Assembly (NCBI GenBank): GCA_049586675.1
Contig: JBAVCL010000033.1
Coordinates: 15,336-79,335, forward strand
DNA length: 64,000 bases
DNA from: Dehalococcoidia bacterium
GTDB taxonomy: Bacteria > Chloroflexota > Dehalococcoidia > GIF9 > AB-539-J10
Direction: 5' to 3'
How positions within the stretch are numbered: position 1 is the first letter of the stretch; each line of letters begins with the position of its first letter. The position numbers were made by a program, and so were the translations under genes. Below, piece after piece: positions 61,160 to 64,000 of the stretch. The notes below the pieces were generated by a model. The model did not search any database. It was not told the origin of the DNA and saw only the letters and a list, made by a program, of their open reading frames with translations.

Positions 61160-61585
61160 ATGGAAGATATTGAGTTGGCTCGCTCTCTTTTGGAGGAAGA
61201 GAAATGGAATCTCGTCATAGTGAAGGGAGGACAAGTTCTTTTCAGCTCCAGAGAGCGCGGAGTAGCCCCCTTTTTCCAAGCTGTTCAAAGTATGGGGGAG
61301 AGTTTACATAATGCTGCAGTGGCTGACCGTATAGTGGGCTTAGCCGTAGCTATGCTCTGCCTTCATGCTGGGATAACCTCGGTATATGCTAGCATAGCAA
61401 GCCAGGGAGCGCTTGACATGCTGAAGGGGCAAGGGGCGACCGTTAGCAGTAAGGATATAGTTCCTTATATCTCTAACTACGATGGCACCGACTTGTGTCC
61501 TTTTGAGAAGCTGGCAGGAAGTTGCCAAGGGCCTTCTCAATTATTTACAGCGTTACAGTCTCTTTTTTCTGAAGGTGACCAGTGA
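61160..61585 (+). CDS. Small conserved hypothetical protein (tentatively DUF1893/TM1506-like)
   Basis: 141 aa. Stop overlaps the next start. Family assignment is from memory only. Confidence 0.4.
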   Translation: MEDIELARSLLEEEKWNLVIVKGGQVLFSSRERGVAPFFQAVQSMGESLHNAAVADRIVGLAVAMLCLHAGITSVYASIASQGALDMLKGQGATVSSKDIVPYISNYDGTDLCPFEKLAGSCQGPSQLFTALQSLFSEGDQ

Positions 61586-63162
61586 AAAAAATTTGGCAGC
61601 TTGCATTATTATCTCTGTTTTTGACGGCTTTATTAATTTTGCCTGCGACTGCTTGCCAGCCTTCCAGTGGTCAGAACGTCCTTAACCTCTGGGATACTGG
61701 CCCTCTAACACTTGACCCGGCAATTTCTGCCGACATGTCTTCTCATCTTTACGTCATGCAAATCTTCTCTGGCTTGGTTCGTCTTGACCAGGAGCTAACC
61801 ATAGTGGGTGATATTGCTGGGAGCTGGGAGAAAAGCTCTGATGGCAAAACATATACCTTTCACCTGCGACAGGGGGTGAAGTTTCATAACGGCCGGGAAG
61901 TTAAAGCTGCCGACTTCAAATACTCTTGGGAGCGAGCTTGTGACCCTACTACTGGCTCTGCCACAGCCGCTACGTATCTGGACGATATCGTTGGTGCCAA
62001 AGATATGCTGGCAGGAAAAGCAGGAGAAATCTCCGGAGTCAAAGTCCTTGATGACTATACTCTTCAGGTTACCATTGATGCTCCCAAAGCTTACTTCCTG
62101 GACAAGCTAGCTTATCCCACTGCCTTTGTGGTGGATAGGGCTAATGTGGAATCCGGCCAGGACTGGTGGCGGGAGCCAAACGGGACAGGACCATTTAAGC
62201 TAAAGGAATGGAAACCTGGTCAGCGGCTGATTTTGGAGCGTAGCCAGATTTATTACGGCGAACCTGCCAAATTGGAGCAGGTCGTCTTTAGTTTTCTGGC
62301 TGCTGACCCTATGGCCCTGTATGAAACAGGGAAAATTGATGTCGTTTCTGTTGACTCGGCTTACATTGACCGAGTTAGTGATGAGACTATCCCGCTTCAT
62401 CAAGAGTTAGCTGTAACGACTGAGCTCAGCCTCTATTATATTGGCTTCAACACTGCTAAACCTCCTTTCGATGACGTTAATATCCGTCGTGCCTTTTGTC
62501 TTGCTGTGAATAAAGAGCCTATAGTCAAAGTGATATTGAGGGACATGGTAAGTGAGGCTGATGGTATTTTGCCGCCGGGCATGCCCAGCTATAACGAGAC
62601 TCTCGAGGGACTGAGCTACGATGTGGAAAAGGCGAAACAGCTCATCGCCGCGTCGAAATACGGAGATGTCTCGAACTTGCCTCCGATCACCCTGACTTTT
62701 GACGGTTATGGCAATAACATTCCCAGTTATCTAGGCGCCATCATCCAGGAATGGCAGCAAAACCTCGGCGTGGAAGTCTCAGTGAGGCAAGTGGAAACAG
62801 AGGATTTCATTTATAACTTAAAACGAGAAAAAGACGAGATGTTCGTGCTGGGTTGGATAGCTGACTACCCCGACCCGCATGATTTCTTGGATATCCTCTT
62901 TCGTACCGGAGGCGAAAACAATATCTTCGAATACAGCAATACCACCCTGGATGCTTTACTTGACCAAGCAGCTATAGAACAGGATACGACTGTCCGCCTG
63001 GCTATGTACCAACAAGCTGAGCAACTGGTAGTTAACGACGCTCCTTGCCTCCCCCTGTTTCATGGCATTAACTATGTCCTGGTGGAGCCTTATGTCAAAG
63101 ACTACGAGCTTGGTCCCCTGGGTGTTCCCGACTTGAGCAAGGTGTATATCAACAAGGGCTAA
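61582..63162 (+). CDS. ABC transporter substrate-binding lipoprotein, family 5 (peptide/nickel/opine type); no cognate permease or ATPase in window
   Basis: Lipobox …LPATAC. 526 aa with family-5 substrate-binding-protein-like sequence. Confidence 0.75.
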   Translation: MKKIWQLALLSLFLTALLILPATACQPSSGQNVLNLWDTGPLTLDPAISADMSSHLYVMQIFSGLVRLDQELTIVGDIAGSWEKSSDGKTYTFHLRQGVKFHNGREVKAADFKYSWERACDPTTGSATAATYLDDIVGAKDMLAGKAGEISGVKVLDDYTLQVTIDAPKAYFLDKLAYPTAFVVDRANVESGQDWWREPNGTGPFKLKEWKPGQRLILERSQIYYGEPAKLEQVVFSFLAADPMALYETGKIDVVSVDSAYIDRVSDETIPLHQELAVTTELSLYYIGFNTAKPPFDDVNIRRAFCLAVNKEPIVKVILRDMVSEADGILPPGMPSYNETLEGLSYDVEKAKQLIAASKYGDVSNLPPITLTFDGYGNNIPSYLGAIIQEWQQNLGVEVSVRQVETEDFIYNLKREKDEMFVLGWIADYPDPHDFLDILFRTGGENNIFEYSNTTLDALLDQAAIEQDTTVRLAMYQQAEQLVVNDAPCLPLFHGINYVLVEPYVKDYELGPLGVPDLSKVYINKG

Positions 63163-63400
63163 ATTCCAAATCCCAAAATACAAGTTCTAAACAAATCCGA
63201 GCAAAAAGCAAAAATAGTGGTAATAACAAGAATACAGAATCCAGTAGCCAGCAGGGGAATCTTCTGAATTCTGACTCCTGACTACTGTCTACTAGTTTCT
63301 GGATTTTGTGCTGTAGGGTCGGGGATTGTCCTCGCCCAACAGCACTGCCCAGCAGTCTCGAAGCTATGTCGAGGTGTCCGTGGTGGTATAATGATAAGGG

Positions 63401-64000
63401 ATGGAACGGGAGGCGATGCTCTACGAGACACTCCCTGGTGGCAGGGTGAGGTGTCATGTTTGCCAGTGGAGATGCCTTATTAATCCCGGTAAGCTTGGCG
63501 TCTGCCGTATGCGCATCAATCGGGATGGCAAGCTATATAGCATGAATTATGCCGAGGTATCCTCCGTGGCACCAGACCATATTGAGAAAAAACCTCTATT
63601 CCATTTCTTCCCTGGTACCTATGCCTTTTCCTTGGGCACCTGGGGATGCAATTTCCACTGCAAGGGATGCCAGAACTGGGAGATTTCCTGCGTGGATATT
63701 CCGCGAGGTTCCCAGCAATTGCTCCCGGAAAAAGAAATAGAGCTAACCAAGAGGTATAATTGCCAGGGTATTGCCTGGACTTACAATGAGCCGACGATTT
63801 GGTTTGAATACACCCTGGATTCAGCCAAGCTGGCTAAAGAAAATAATCTATACACTGTGTATGTGACCAATGGCTATGCCACGCCCGAAGCTCTGGATAC
63901 CATAGGTCCCTGGCTTGATGCCTGGAGGGTGGATGTTAAGGGCTTCACTGACGGGTTCTATCGCCAGCTAGCCAAGATTCCTCACTGGCAGGGCATTCTG
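63401..64000 (+). CDS. AmmeMemoRadiSam-system radical SAM enzyme (pyruvate-formate-lyase-activase-like); 3' end lies beyond the window
   Basis: I translated frame 2 by eye: MEREAMLYETLPGGRVRCHVCQWRCLINPGKLGVCRMRINRDGKLY…FSLGTWGCNFHCKGCQNWEIS…. N-terminal Cys cluster and the CxxxCxxC-variant radical-SAM site characteristic of this family. Not in the track because there is no stop before the edge. Track ORF 63549..63740 is in the wrong frame. Confidence 0.75.
   Translation, partial: MEREAMLYETLPGGRVRCHVCQWRCLINPGKLGVCRMRINRDGKLYSMNYAEVSSVAPDHIEKKPLFHFFPGTYAFSLGTWGCNFHCKGCQNWEISCVDIPRGSQQLLPEKEIELTKRYNCQGIAWTYNEPTIWFEYTLDSAKLAKENNLYTVYVTNGYATPEALDTIGPWLDAWRVDVKGFTDGFYRQLAKIPHWQGIL

Noticed and set aside
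63549-63740. Track ORF in frame 0
   Set aside because: Lies inside, and out of frame with, the clearly homologous radical SAM reading frame starting at 63401.
1-64000. CRISPR arrays, transposases, integrases, toxin-antitoxin pairs
   Set aside because: No regularly spaced direct repeats and no recognisable transposase, integrase or TA motifs found on either strand.

Overview
This is a bacterial chromosomal segment of about 47% GC, densely coded on both strands, with mostly housekeeping genes in the second half and an accessory-looking stretch earlier. I read it directly, including two genes that run off the window edges and are therefore absent from the ORF track.

Left third (1 to about 21 kb):
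- A fused two-domain family-III CoA-transferase runs off the 5' edge on the minus strand.
- An MFS efflux pump and HtpX follow.
- A 989-codon ORF is broken by a single in-frame TAG. It joins a novel N-terminal region to a C-terminal M28 Zn-peptidase domain.
- A CorA-like channel has GIY in place of the canonical GMN motif. It sits convergent with an MgtA-type P-type ATPase.
- There is a frameshifted alpha/beta hydrolase, and a membrane HExxH protein broken by in-frame TGA and TAG.
- A MaoC/hotdog pair and two paralogous nitroreductases follow. Between the nitroreductases lies a 1.2-kb repeat-rich spacer containing an unannotated 44-aa membrane ORF.
- tRNA-Lys(UUU) and tRNA-Gly(CCC) sit on the minus strand.

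Middle (21 to about 47 kb):
- An isopropylmalate/homocitrate-synthase-family gene and an MtnA-like gene.
- A nested-palindrome element.
- A RadC-N-terminal (HhH-only) mini-gene translationally coupled to an MmeI-family Type IIL/IIG restriction-modification enzyme (1158 aa; D63/E80/K82, DPACGAG, NPPY).
- A complete LivHMGF + substrate-binding-protein ABC operon.
- yebC, ruvC, ruvA, ppsA, an HD dGTPase-like gene, dnaG, rpoD, ffh, a HIT gene, an MFS gene plus a paralogous MFS remnant, pheA and recO.

Right third (47 to 64 kb):
- Two divergent NDP-forming acyl-CoA-synthetase-alpha-like genes; the minus-strand one lacks a canonical start for its full-length form.
- Two tandem acyl-CoA dehydrogenases.
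- A KH protein, rpsP, membrane pyrophosphatase and endonuclease V.
- prfB with its programmed +1 frameshift at CTT TGA C.
- A secreted HExxH protein, full-length radC, a small conserved protein, an orphan family-5 substrate-binding protein, and the start of an AmmeMemoRadiSam-type radical SAM gene running off the 3' edge.

Several families of intergenic repeats recur:
- a 130-nt leader module;
- a 56-nt repeat;
- a 30-nt motif;
- a 9-4-9 palindrome.

No CRISPR array, transposase or integrase was seen. All functional calls rest on motif-level recognition by eye; no database search was run.
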